A DNA stretch of 64,000 nt from Octopus vulgaris (GCA_951406725.2 OX597819.1:80042001-80106000); one strand, 5' to 3'; numbered from the stretch's first letter, positions 38,430-52,047 are shown. Numbers and translations: made by a program. Notes: generated by a model not told the origin, from the letters alone.

Positions 38430-38680
38430 TGAAATCATTATTACACGATTAATCCATTCGCTGATCGACTCGTCGATATGAACATATACATACATACATA
38501 CATACATACATTCATTTGGTATGCTAGCGCTCCACCTAATGAATCGACCGAAGTATTTATTTTTGAAAGCCTCTTACCTATTTTGTCGTTTTGTGTGGAA
38601 CCACTAAGTTGCGGGGACATCAAAACACCAATAGCTGAGGTCAAAAGGTGTTAGGCGAAAAACAAAGACAGAAAAACACT
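38430..38680 (-). mobile_element. Degenerate SINE family B 3' half
   Basis: Similar to the reverse complement of 46800-46960 (GGAACCACTAAGTTGCGGGGACATCAAAACACC). Confidence 0.55.
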
Positions 38681-38694
38681 CATACATGTATGTA

Positions 38695-38785
<91 letters not shown>

Positions 38786-38815
38786 CTATATATATATACA
38801 CATATACATATATAC

Positions 38816-38866
<51 letters not shown>

Positions 38867-38949
38867 TATCTAAATGGATAAAATTATATATATTATATAT
38901 ATTATATGTGCGTGTGTGTGTCTGTGTGTATGTATGTATGTATATTTCC

Positions 38950-39470
38950 TGTAACCCAGTCCCTGTCTATGCAATCCATCAAGGTCGATCGTACAGATCA
39001 CAAATTTGAGGCTTATATAGCTGACAAGTTTGAACTGTGGACAACCAATGCTATCCCTATCTTTTGGCCTAGAGAATCCTCTATCTAGATTCGCTCTGTA
39101 TGACCCAATATTGTTTGTCGATGTAATCTCCGACTTATTAGGAGAATTCCAGTCGCTACCTGCTGGAATCATCAGAACAGGTATGCGATTTCTTTTATAT
39201 TCCCCTCTCCTGTCAATTATCCCTATGCAATGTATACATTCATCCGAGATAGCATTCCAGTCGCCAATTAGCACTATAGTGCGAGACGTCCATAGGAAAA
39301 CCTTCAAACATCTGAAGATATCGGTCTGCTCTGCGACTAGTCTAAAGGCACCACCTTCGCTACTGTTCTCGTCTAGGACCACTAGTTTTCTCCTCAACTT
39401 TTCATGTAATCCTCTACACAAATTGTTGAATCTCCGTGACCTCCCTTTCGTCTGTGCCTCAGTCGCTGTT
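38950..39470 (-). pseudogene. Tx1/L1-type APE endonuclease fragment
   Basis: IVLIGDWNAI (GDxN motif), [27 protein letters not shown] (degenerate SDH region). Confidence 0.75.
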
Positions 39471-39497
39471 AAAAGAAATCATTTATTATTATTTCAA

Positions 39498-39765
<268 letters not shown>

Positions 39766-39975
39766 GGCGGAGAGCTGGCAGAATCGTTAGCACTCTGGAT
39801 GAAATGCTTAGCGGTATTTCGCCTGTCGCTCCGTTCTGAGTTCAAATTCCACCGACGTCGACTTTGCCTTTCATTCTTTAAGGGTCAATAGATTAAGTAC
39901 CAATGAAACTCTGGGGTCGATGTAATGGACTAATCCCCTTCCACAAAATTCAGACCTTGTGCCGTTAGTCGGAAG
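39766..39975 (+). mobile_element. SINE family A, full length, (ATT)n on both sides
   Basis: GGCGGAGAGCTGGCAGAATCGTTAGC (A-box), GAGTTCAAATTCC (B-box), body and (ATT)n tail. Confidence 0.93.
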
Positions 39976-39999
39976 GATTATTATTATTATTATTATTAT

Positions 40000-40302
40000 T
40001 TTTCCTTTATCACAGTTTTTGTTGGAACTCCCGGAGTCTTGCATGCGTTGTGGGCTGGCTGCTTGCAGTCTACAGTACCATGCTGTCTGTTCCTTTTTCA
40101 ACAATCTAATACTTTCTTGATTATTCTGGCCGTACCAATGAGGCAAACCTTTTGTAATAGTTCTACTGGGCACTCTATTCCAATTTCCTTTATATTCCTC
40201 TTGAAGCCTTCTGATACTGTTCCCAAAAACCCAACAATAATTGGCACTATCTTCAGCGTCTTCATTTTCCATAGCCTGACTATTTCTTACTGAAGTGGGT
40301 TG

Positions 40303-40397
<95 letters not shown>

Positions 40398-41470
40398 TTG
40401 TCTGTCTATCTATCTATCTATCTGTCTATCTATCTATCTTTTCGCTTTCTTTCTTTACTATGCGTCGGTCAAAGGGGCATGCAACATCAACTATATACCG
40501 AATTTGGCGCATCTTGTCGACCACCACTTGGTCCGGTCTGTTATACTCTAGCACCTGATCTGTCTGGATTGGGAAATCTCAGAGGATGCTGCTGGTTTCC
40601 GATTCTGTCACTCTCTGTGGTTTGTGCTCTTACCACGTCTTGTCTTTCTCTAGCACCCTCTTTTCGTACCGTTTCCAATGTACCTGGTGGTGTCGCCAGA
40701 AATTATAGTGGTTTCGGGCAAGTCTAGGACATTCGTTCGTGATATGGGAAATGGTTTCTATCCACTCTATTGCATATGCGGCACAGCGGAGACACTTGCT
40801 CATTCCTAAGGTTAACCCTCCAATTCGTGGCCAAAGCTTGGTCGTGCGCTGCCACTATAGTGCTCTCGGTGTCTCTTTTTAGGGTTCCTTTTATCAGGCA
40901 ATCCCTCTTATTTTTCCAGCAACATCCGTTGTGGCTATATGGAATTAACTGTGTAGTCCTTTCTTGCATAATTCTTCTTCATGTCCTTTTTGTACTTCTT
41001 TCTTTGTTTTCCCTTTTTTTTGTCAACTCTCAATACTCCCTCGTTCCTAAATGTCACTAGGTAGGTTTCCTTACTTTGAGCTAGGTTTTTCATTAAGCTC
41101 TCAGGTTCGATACGCACGCAGTCTTCCACACTCTCTCCATTTGTTCTCTTCATGTATAGGCAATCAGTGTCTGCTCGTGGATGATGGGCTCCATGCATCG
41201 TTAGGAGCTTTCTTGACTTCCTGTCCATCTCATTTAGCTCCTTCTATGTCCACTTCAGGATTCCAGTATTATACCGAACTACTGCAACTGCGCGCGAGTT
41301 TATTACAGAAGTTATGTTTCTGGCATTCAGCTTTGAAGCCAAAATTTTTCTCGCTCACCGCAGTTATTCTTTTTTTTTTTTGTCTTTTCCTTCATGTCAT
41401 GATGTTCGTTTCCATCTGCCTCAAGTATTCCCAGGTATTTATAGCTGGATTGAGGTTGAATTGCCTTCAT
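40000..41470 (-). mobile_element. R4/Dong-clade LINE, 5'-truncated (RT C-terminus, CCHC finger, restriction-like endonuclease)
   Basis: YKYLGILE, HHPRADTDCLY, CRICNR..HITNEC, DFPIQTD...NRPD, IVDVACP, IVPIIVGFLG; ends abut (TAA)n/(TGA)n. Confidence 0.9.
40303..40438. repeat. (TATC)n expanded inside the LINE coding sequence
   Basis: Interrupts the codons for EKIDRY. Confidence 0.92.
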
Positions 41471-41476
41471 ATTATT

Positions 41477-41508
<32 letters not shown>

Positions 41509-41512
41509 CCAG

Positions 41513-41796
41513 GAGGCGAGCTGGCAGAAACGTTAGCACACCGGGCGAAATGCGTAGCCGTATTTCGTCTGCCGCTACGTTCTGAGTTCAAATTCCGCCG
41601 AGGTCGACTTTGCCTTTCATCCTTTCGGGGTCGATTAAATAGGTACCAGTTACGCACTGGGGTCGATATAATCGACTTAATCCGTTTATCTGTCCTTGTT
41701 TGTCCTCTCTGTGTTTAGCACCTTGTGGGTAGTAAAGAAATAGGTATTTCGCCCGTCGCTACGTTCTAAGTTCAAATTCCGCCGAGGTCAACTTTA

Positions 41797-41797
<1 letters not shown>
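41513..41797 (+). mobile_element. SINE family A full copy plus a partial tandem second copy
   Basis: Low-divergence copy 41513-41742; B-box region repeated at 41743-41797. Confidence 0.93.
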
Positions 41798-41860
<63 letters not shown>

Positions 41861-41863
<3 letters not shown>

Positions 41864-44800
41864 TAGTATATTTTTTATATCGTGCTTTCACTGCACTACC
41901 GAGCACAGCTCTGTGTGCCTTGGGTATGTGCTGTGATTTGTTGTGATGCTCTGATGGTTATTGTATGGAAAGTGTTCTGCGTAGGATATGTGCAGTGCCT
42001 AGTAGTGCAATTTTCTGTATGTTATATGTGTTTGTAAGTCCTGGTGTTTTTGTTATGTATTTGTCTGAATATTTTTTATCATGCCTAATGCACCTATTAT
42101 GATAGGAATTGTTTCTATTTTTAGATTCCACATTCTGGTTACCTCTATTTCCAGGTCTTTGTATTTTGAAAGTTTCTTCATTTCTCTTAGAGACACGTTG
42201 TCATCCGCTGGTATTGATACATCAATTAGAAAACATTTTTTTTCTTCATGATCTCTGACAACTATATCTGGTCTGTTGGCCTTCATTTCTCTATCTGTGT
42301 GTATTGGCATATCCCAGAGTATGGTTGCTTTCTCGTTTTCTGTGACCTTTTCTGGTGTGTGCCTATACCATCTTTTTTCTGTTGTAATTCCATAATGTTG
42401 GCATAGTTTCCAGTGTATATAGGTCCCAACTCTGTCGTGTCAGTGAATATATTCCTTCATAGCCAGGACTGGGCAGCCAGAGATAATATGATTTATTGTT
42501 TCTTGTCCATCTCCACATATTCTGCAGTTACTTGTTATATTTCTTTCATTACATGTTTTTAGTAATTTCTGGTGGGGAGGCTTTGGTCTTGTGCTGCAAT
42601 TAAAAATCCTTCTGTCTCTGCATTGAGTTCTGAGCTTCTCAACCATTGTTGGGATTTTTCTTTGTCTATTTCTTTTGCATTTAGTTTAGTCCAGTATTTG
42701 CCATGAAGGAGCTTTTCTTGCCATCTTTTTATCATGGTTCGTTGCTGTTCTATTTTTAGTTTGGATTTCAATTGTTTTATAGCTTTTGTTGTTTCTTCAT
42801 CATCTTCTTCTTCTTCTTCTTCTTCTTCTTCTTCTTCTTCTTCTTCTTCTTCTTCTTCTTCTTCTTCTTCTTCTTCTTCTTCTTCTTCTTCTTCTTCTTC
42901 TTCTTCTTCTTCTTCTTCTTCTTCTTCTTCTTCATGTTTGTTAGGTGGTATGATATCTTGTTTGTATTTGTCAGCTTCCTTAAATACTGAGAACAGTTTT
43001 TTGTTTTGCTCGTGTTCTGCCGCTATTTGTATCAGTTTTCCTTCCTTGTGAAGTAGATATTTTTGCACTCTTAAGGTGGTTATTTTATAGTAGTTTTCCA
43101 GCTGTATAAGGCCTCTACCACCATCTATACGTTGTATATATAGCCTTTCTATGTCAGATTTTCTGTTTAGCATATCCGATAGAGGTGACAGTGCCAAGCA
43201 GAAAAGGAGTGGAGAGAGCGTATCTCCCTGGAATATTCCTCGTCTAATGGGGATGGCTTTGGTTTTCATGAATCCCTCTTTTGTTTGGAGCTGTAGCACT
43301 GTTTGCCATTTATTTATAGAGTGTCCTATGTATTTTATAATTGTTGGTGCAACTTTGTTCATGGCTAGTGTTTCGAGGATCCATGAGTGGGGGGTGCTAT
43401 CAAACGCCTTTTTGTAGTCGATCCAGGCCATACTAAGGCCTTTCTTCTTTCTGTGGCTGTCTTCAGTCATGGCTTTATTAATCATTAGTTGATCTTTACA
43501 GCCATATGAGCCTTTGCGGCATCCTTTCTGCCCTTCTGGAAACAGGTTTTCGTCCAGGTGCTTGTTCAACCTTTGCGATATCACTGCAGTAACTGCCTTG
43601 TACATTGTAGGGAGACAGGTTATTGGTCTGTAGTTTTTTGGTTTTGCTGTCTCATTTGATTTGGGAATTAAGATGGTTTTCTCCTTCGTGAGCCATTCAG
43701 GCATTGTCTCTGGCTCTGCTAGTATGTTGTTAAATTTTTCAGCCAGCTTTTTGTGCATTCCTGTCAGATATTTCAACCAGAAGTTGGGGATCTTGTCATG
43801 CCCAGGTGCCTTCCAGTTGCTTAGTCTTTGCAGTGCCTGGGTGACCTCTTCAGTTGTTATGGGAGTCCAAAGTTGCTCAGATGCTGAGTTTGTTGTTTTA
43901 ATACTCCTTTTTTGGGTTGTTCGTTCGCCGACCATATTTCTCTCCAGAATTCTTCCACTTCTTCTGCCGTTGGTGCTCTAGTGATTTCTATTTTATTTTT
44001 GCCAAGTTCTTGGTAGAACTTTTTGGGGTTGGAGTTGAACTGTTTGTTTTGTTCAAAGAAACGTTGGCGTTTCTCGTACCGGCGGATCCTTTGTGCTTTG
44101 GCAATGGTATCTTGCTTTAGCTTTTCTTTTATCTCAGGTAAATCTTTTTCTGTGGTGTTGTATTTGCGAAGAATTTTTGTTTTCTTTTTGTTGCTCAGTA
44201 GCGTTGATTGTCTACTGATTTCATTAAGAATCCACAGATCTTTTCTCATTTTTTGTATTTTGTTTTGGATGTTATTTATCCACAGGGTTTGTTTGGGTGG
44301 TGGTACTCCTGTTTGGATGGGTTTGAGTGAGTATCCAGCTTCTTTTGTGGCTGCAGTGGCTGCTGCGTATACTAAGTCATTTCGCTCAGTGATATCGCTT
44401 TTTGTTTCAGTGGCTATTAGTTCCGTGACGGCTAGGTTTATGTTGTTTATAATTGATGTTGTTTTATCTATTTTGATTTTTGGGAGGTATGGTCGGTGGT
44501 CCATTTTGAGCTCTGTCGTTTATATTCTTTGATTATTCTACTTTTTATAGTTTCATAATCATTAGGCTCCTCTTCGTTGTTTCCAGGTTTTAGATTTGTG
44601 CCGCTTTCTTTCTTATCCGTATGTTTGTTTGTCGTGTTTTGGCTTGCTGTTTGTCGTGTATTATTATGTATCCTTACGGTCTGGGTTTGTTGTTTTTTGT
44701 TTACATCGTTTTCGTTGGAAATGTTACGTTTGTTTTCGTGTTTTACTGTTTCTGTGTTTGTATTATTTGGCATTGTTGTGTGGCTTCTATCTACATTTTC

Positions 44801-45545
44801 CTGATGTATTTTTTCTTTTAAATGTTCTATTTCTATTTCTGATATTTTTTTTGCATTGAGAATATATTTCCGTATATTTGCTAGTTTATTAGGGTTCATT
44901 GTTGTATCCAGGTCTTTATTTATGTTATTTTTCTTCCATATTTTGTATGTATGTGTTGTTGTATTTTCATTCTTTGGGTAGAGCACTGCTGTAAAGTATA
45001 CGTGTAGGATAGAAATGTATTCCTCACGTGTCCATTTATGTCTTTTGGGTTTTATTTGCGGGACATGAGGAACAACGTCCGGCCCATTATTTTGACGGTC
45101 TTCATTTTCGTAGGATACCGGTCCGTTCATTTCTGTTGTCACATTGTTTTGCACGTGTAGTTTTTCGTACATTTTATGTTGTAAGTTTACAGTACGTACT
45201 TCCCGATTGTTATTTTTGGGTTGAATAATACCGGTATTATTTAATTTATTCGTAGTTTTTTGTACATGGTGTTTGGGGCCGGAGATGATCTGGGGTTGAT
45301 GGATCGTAATGTATCAAGCATGTTTACATGTGTTGTGTTAGAGGTGGAGATGATATCGAGTTAAAATACATCATTTCGTTTCCAAAATAGTAATAAATTT
45401 CAGTGAGTATTACTTACTCGGATATAGTCCAATCCTTTGTCAGTTATTTTTTAGCTCCTTGCGATGTCTTTGTTTCCGATGTTTGTGGATAGATTTCGGA
45501 GCACTGTTTTATCGCTCTCACATGTTTAACGTCCCCGGTGTAATC
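41861..45545 (-). mobile_element. R4/Dong-clade non-LTR retrotransposon with both ends present, inserted in (TAA)n, internally deleted in RT
   Basis: Frameshifted ORFs 45172-44468, 44504-43857, 43935-42559, 42646-42440, 42310-42053: KWTREE N-terminus, WKAPGHD, NYRPITCL, WIDYKKAFDS, GIFQGDTLSP, CRICG...HIISGC, RPDIV, IDVSIP, KYKDL; (ATT)n at 41798-41860 and 45546-45598. Confidence 0.95.
42559..43935 (-). pseudogene. R4/Dong reverse transcriptase ORF segment lacking the YMDD catalytic region, with in-frame poly-Glu
   Basis: 458-aa ORF jumps from LSDMLNR to KSDIERLY; (GAA)n at about 42803-42933. Confidence 0.9.
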
Positions 45546-45600
<55 letters not shown>

Positions 45601-46409
45601 AGACTATATTTTCATATTTCTGTATCTGCAGACGACATGCTTCGCTATCGCGTTCTTCATTACCAAAGAACTTTTATAATTTCGACAAATAAAAATATGT
45701 GAGTTCTGTTAAAATTACATTGTTTCATTTTCTGACGAAATTATGAAGTCAGTAATATCTCGTCATTTGCCCTTCACCCAGGTCAATAAACTATGACAAC
45801 AGGCAATAGAATAATGAGGGCAATATAACCAACTAAACACCCTTGACTGCATATTAATGACTAGAACCAAGAAGAAACCGAAACAATACGCTTAATTGTG
45901 CATTCGTTTTTGTTTTTGTTTTTGTTTTTTTGTCACACTATTCTGTGTAAAAGGCAAAAAAACCCAGCAAACTTGTTTGTCTAGTCAATCATATATGCGA
46001 AACAGTTATAAAACCCAAAAAAATATGATCGATGTGCTGTCGATTACGAAAGGAGTCACTATTTAAATACTGAAAGTAAAATAACTGCAGAAAGAATAAT
46101 AATTAACATAGATTAACTCCACATTTTCGTGTTATATTGAAGATTAATCAAATATCGAGTAAAAAATTTTGAAAATACGAGTTAATATACAAGCACAGCA
46201 AATATATTAGATATATGATGATGACTGTGATCCTGTTAGTAACTAACTTGCTTAATAAAACCCTCTGCATCTTGCTTTCTCTTTCGATATGTATATATAC
46301 ACACATACACATTCACACATATATATGCATGCATCTATGTGTACATGTGTATATATATGTTATAAACTTTTATAGACTTACATATATATATATATATGCA
46401 GATATATGA

Positions 46410-46464
<55 letters not shown>

Positions 46465-46530
46465 CCCCTACTCACGCATGATATCAGTCAAATGACTGAA
46501 AGAAGAGTAAAAGAATAAAAGATTACAAAT

Positions 46531-46689
46531 AGGAGTGGCTGTGTGGTAAGTAGCTTGTTTACCAACCACGTGTTTCCGGGTTCAGTCCCACTGCGTGGCA
46601 CCTTGGGCAAGTGTCTTCTACTATAGCCTCGGGCCGACCAATGCCTTGTGAGTGGATTTGGTAGCGGAAACTGAAAGAAGCCCGTCGTA

Positions 46690-46774
<85 letters not shown>

Positions 46775-46995
46775 ATGTGTGTGTGTTTGTGCGTCTGTGT
46801 TTGTCCCCCTAGCATTGCTTGACAACCGATGCTGGTGTGTTTATGTCCCCGTCACATAGCGGTTCGGCAAAAGAGACCGATAGAATAAGTACTGGGCTTA
46901 CAAAGAATAAGTCCCGAGATCGAGTTGCTCGATTAAAGGCGGTGCTCCAGCATGGCCGCAGTCAAATGACTGAAACAAGTAAAAGAGTAAAGAGA
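46531..46995 (+). mobile_element. SINE family B (CORE-like, OR2-like), full length with internal (TA)n(TG)n
   Basis: TGGCTGTGTGG A-box, GGGTTCAGTCCC B-box, CORE-like CACCTTGGGCAAGTGTCTT, 3' hairpin AGTCA-AA-TGACT-GAAAC and (TAAAAGAG) tail. Confidence 0.92.
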
Positions 46996-47056
46996 GAGAG
47001 AGAGTAAAGAGTATATATATAGAGAAAGAGGGAGTGAGAAAGAGAAAGAGAGAGAG

Positions 47057-47093
<37 letters not shown>

Positions 47094-47114
47094 ACGAGAG
47101 AGAGAGAGAGACTA

Positions 47115-47270
47115 GCCGACGAGTTTCTTTCAGTTTCCATCTACTCATAAGGCCTTAGTTGGCCCGAAGTTATAGTAGAAGACACTTTTCGAAAGTGCTA
47201 TGCTGGGGGGACTGAACTCAAATCTATGTGGCTGGGAAGAAAACTCCTTACCGTACAGCCACGCCTGCCC
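47115..47270 (-). mobile_element. SINE family B 5' half, inverted relative to the 46531 copy
   Basis: Reverse-complement match to head and CORE-like region. Confidence 0.85.
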
Positions 47271-47559
47271 CTATCTGCACATTATATGTGCATTTTTGAC
47301 AGGAATAAATGTATGTGTATGTGTGTGTGTGTGTGTGCGATTAAGAGTGGAATAATTTCGTGGAAACGTTGTGGGGAAATAAGATAGGGTATAAAGTTGA
47401 ACATAAAACAATATTGTTTTTCTTACTCCATTAATCTTTCTTACTTTTGTTGCAATTTCTGATGTTTTCATAGATACTTTTTGTAGTTCGTGGTCGTGGG
47501 TTTATTTTTTTAAAAAAATTAATACCTGGAACATTAACTTTGAAATAAATTATAAAAGA

Positions 47560-48005
47560 AGAACGTACAATGTTATCAGCATAAGGGGGGTTAAGTAGAA
47601 GAGGAAGGAGGAGAGCATAAAGAGGAGAAGAAGGAAAAGGGTGCCAGGAAGTGGAGCAAGAACGAGAAGGAAGAGATGTAGAATGACGGGGGGCAGGGAA
47701 GGACTGTTGAAAATAGTTCGGGAGAAGAAGAAGAAGAAGAAGGAGAAGAAGAAGAAGAAGAAGAAGAAGAAGAAGAAGAAGAAGAAGAAGAAGAAGAAGA
47801 AAGAGAAGAAGAAGAAAGAGAAGGAGGTGTAGGAGGAAAAGAAGAAAAAGGGGGAAAAGAAGAAGAGGAAAAAGAAGACTAACAATAACAATGACGAGGG
47901 GGAGAAGGAGTAGGAGAGGAGAAGTGTAAAAGCAACAACAACAATATAAAAGAAAAACAAGTTTGACTCCAATGATGATGATGATAATGGAGAGCTGGAG
48001 GAAGA
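47560..48005. repeat. Purine-rich tract with (GAA)n
   Basis: Direct observation. Confidence 0.9.
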
Positions 48006-48151
48006 ATCGATCCTTCTATATATATGTTTTTGTGTGTAATGTGTCCGTGCGTGTGTGTATAAGCATTTATTCGAATCGGATGTAAGCTACACTGTCACTA
48101 CTCAGGGTATCTCGCTATTCACGGACCTTCGAGTGATATAGCTAGTACGTA

Positions 48152-48232
<81 letters not shown>

Positions 48233-48343
48233 CCTCTCTCTCTCTATTTATATATATATATATATATACACACGCACACACACATATTTATACGTAATCA
48301 TATGTACACATGTAAATACATATAAATACAAAAATACATATAC

Positions 48344-48374
<31 letters not shown>

Positions 48375-48441
48375 CATATTTATGTATGTGCATGTATGTA
48401 TATAATACATAAATACATACATACATACATACATACATACA

Positions 48442-48474
<33 letters not shown>

Positions 48475-48730
48475 GTATGTATGTATATATATTCATATAC
48501 AAATACGTACGTAATATCTCAAAGATTAAAAAAATGAAGACAGCAGGGACTTGAAGAAAGGGAAACATCCCTGTAATAGCAAACCCTCACCCTAATCCGC
48601 TTCTGCTGCTCTAAATGAGACTTACCATTATATTTCAAGGATTTAACTGCACATAGTTCAGTGAAGATAAGATAATTCCACCCAACTACCACACCACTGC
48701 CTTCCCCGTCCATATATATATATATATATA

Positions 48731-48778
<48 letters not shown>

Positions 48779-48786
48779 GCTTATAC

Positions 48787-48843
<57 letters not shown>

Positions 48844-49103
48844 TATACTCACACAAAAAAGAAACAAACAAACGCGGTAACAATAGTGTGTTTAGGAAAG
48901 TTGTAGCAGTGGTGGTGGTGGTAGTGCTAGTGGTAGTGGTGGTGGTGGTGATAGTGGCAGAATGTGGGTGATTATGATCCCTACATTATCCATCTTAATC
49001 GGCTCTCTGTTTACACTAGAATAAACAGCGAGACTAATCACTTAAGATGTCTCCCTAATAACCAACTAGAAGGTTAGGTTAGTGGGTTCGATCCTACGAC
49101 TAA

Positions 49104-49184
<81 letters not shown>

Positions 49185-49384
49185 ATATATATATAAACAT
49201 ATATACATGTATACGTTTGTACACGGACTGATAGGCACACACACACACGTACATATGTATGTATATAAAACACATATGTAATACGCATATCTTATACATA
49301 TGATATATACGATCGTGTCTCTAGTAAAGTATATATATACATGTATATACGTATTGATATATAGACTTCCTTTTTTTGTATGTA

Positions 49385-49421
<37 letters not shown>

Positions 49422-50073
49422 GTTATATATATATATGTATTTATTTATTTATTTATATAAAGATACATACATATACATACATGCACCCCACACATACATA
49501 TACATATATGTACAGATACATGTAACACCATAGACACACACAAATACAGATAAGAAAGTGGAGAGTATATATATATAAGATTTGTTTCTTGAAAATCTTT
49601 TTATGCATCATTATCATTGATATATTCTGGAGGTATTTTATTTTTTTCTATGTTATTATTCTTTTCGTATTGATGTCGCGGCTGTATTTTGCGGCGCGGC
49701 AGCACGGTGGTGGGGCTGGTAGGGTATAACTGATATTTTATGTAGTGTGTGTGAGTGTGTGTGTGTATTTTTTTTTTTGTGTGTGTGTGCTCGATCATAT
49801 GTGAGATTGATATAGTGTGCTTGTTACGTGCATATAACAGTACGTGTATAATGTGCGACGGTGTGATGAATGCAGGTATCTCGCAGGCATGTGCTTGAAA
49901 TATCTATGCAATGCGGGCAATGTGTATGATGCTCCTTGTGTTTGCGTGCGTGTGTGTGTTTGCTTGTGTGTGTGAGTGTTTGTGGGTGTGTGTGTGTGTG
50001 TGTTTGCGTGTGTGTGCGTGTGTGTGTGTGTAATATCAATTTGTGTGATATGTACTATCATTATTAATTCCTT

Positions 50074-50236
50074 TTGAGTTCAAATTCCGCCGAGGTCGAC
50101 TTTGCCTTTCATCCTTTCGGGGTCGATTAAAATAAGTACCAGTTGAGCAATGGTGTAGTTGGCGGGTGGGGGTCGAGCTAATCGACCCATCCCCACCTTC
50201 CCGAATACGGTGGCCCTCTGCCAAAATTTGAATCCA
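50074..50236 (+). mobile_element. SINE family A, 5'-truncated at the B-box
   Basis: GAGTTCAAATTCCGCCGAGGTCGACTTTGCCTTTCATCCTTTCGGGGTCG with (ATT)n tail. Confidence 0.9.
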
Positions 50237-50353
50237 TTATTATTATTATAATTATTGTTGTTGGTTTCGAATTGTGGCACAAAGCCAGCAATTTCAGACG
50301 AGAATGTCAGCAGATATATACATATATATATATATAAACATATGTTTGTGTTT

Positions 50354-50393
<40 letters not shown>

Positions 50394-50588
50394 ATGTGTT
50401 TGTATTCTGCTAAAGAATGTAACATAATGAAATGTTTAGGAGATCAGGAGACATCTGGTTCGATCCTGTTACGCGTAATCTGCTGTAGTTCTCTTTTACT
50501 TCCACCATGAGTCAATCCAAATGTTAGTACAGTGGGCCGATAGAATTTGTGTGAATAAGATGCCCAAACTTGTATTGCTCTATCCATT

Positions 50589-50589
<1 letters not shown>

Positions 50590-50664
<75 letters not shown>

Positions 50665-50815
50665 TCTACATTGCTGTCATACATTGAGTATGACCTTCAA
50701 AGAATTCTTCATTTTCTACTATCGCCATTATTGGATATATATATATCCAATAATGGTGAAGGAAGAAAAAAAGAATTCTTTGAAGGTCATACTCAATGTA
50801 TGACAGCAATGCAGA

Positions 50816-50911
<96 letters not shown>

Positions 50912-50939
50912 TCTGCATTGCTGTCATACATTGAGTATG

Positions 50940-51036
<97 letters not shown>

Positions 51037-51126
51037 GCATTGCTGTCATACATTGAGTATGACCTTCAAAGAATTTTTCATTTTCTTCCTTTACCATTAT
51101 TGTATATATATATATATATATATATA
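50590..51126. repeat. Array of four copies (+,-,+,+) of a ~70-bp unit separated by (TA)n; the first two form a ~153-bp palindrome
   Basis: Unit CTCTGCATTGCTGTCATACATTGAGTATGACCTTCAAAGAATT at 50664(+), 50816(-), 50911(+, truncated), 51034(+). Confidence 0.93.
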
Positions 51127-51467
51127 TGAGACTGACAAAGAAACTTACGCAAACGCGCACATGTGTGTGTGTATACATAGTTCAAATACATCTATATATG
51201 TGTGTTTCATTATTCAGTTTATTTCAAGATTTCTTGCCAATATAGAAACAACCGGCTTTTACCTAGATCCAAGGTTCATTCATTCGAATTTCAAAATCAA
51301 CAACAGGGTATTTTTGCTTGTATGTATGTATGTATGTATGTATGTATGTATGTATGTATGTATGTACGTATGAATGCATGTATATATATATATACACTTA
51401 CACGCACATATATATGTACATATATATATATGCGTATGTGTATATATATATATTTATATATAAATAT

Positions 51468-51512
<45 letters not shown>

Positions 51513-52047
51513 GGTAGGTAGGTATAAAGATACATACATAATTATATATAGTATAGTATAATATGATAGGCTATGATATAAAATCGTATATGCAGAGAGA
51601 GAGAGACAGAGAAAGAGAGCGAGGGAGAAAGTGTCAAGATAGAATGATGGTTTAAGAATACGGATTGCAGCTATTCAAAGGAGAAGTCAATATTTTACAT
51701 TACATCACTGTTATGGGGGATAATAACAATAATAATAATTGAACATCTCTCTCAGGTGACGAGTAGTATGTGCTAGTCGTTACAAAACTGTGACGTAGGA
51801 AGTCGAGGAAAGTGTCAGTCGAGTAGTCGGATTTAAATAGATAGTCGTGTCTTACTTGTCTAACTAACTATACTGCCATACCGGAGGGGACGTTATAAAA
51901 GTCCTACATAGGATTACAACAATTACCTATAGTGATTTATGTACGAGGCCAATCCATTGAACTCCACAAAACGTATATCGATCTAAATAAAATAATAATC
52001 GTTTATTTAACATTCGCTGTAATTGTCAATGAAATTTTTCAAAATTT

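Noticed and set aside
39766-39855. tRNA gene (A- and B-boxes present)
   Set aside because: No cloverleaf or acceptor stem; continues into a multi-copy SINE body, so it is a tRNA-derived SINE head
48600-48660. Perfect minus-strand donor ATG|GTAAGT with a 21-nt micro-exon candidate
   Set aside because: Weak acceptor and no partner exons; expected by chance in 64 kb
50590-51126. CRISPR-like repeat-spacer appearance
   Set aside because: Eukaryotic context, spacers are (TA)n, units are in mixed orientation and there are no cas genes
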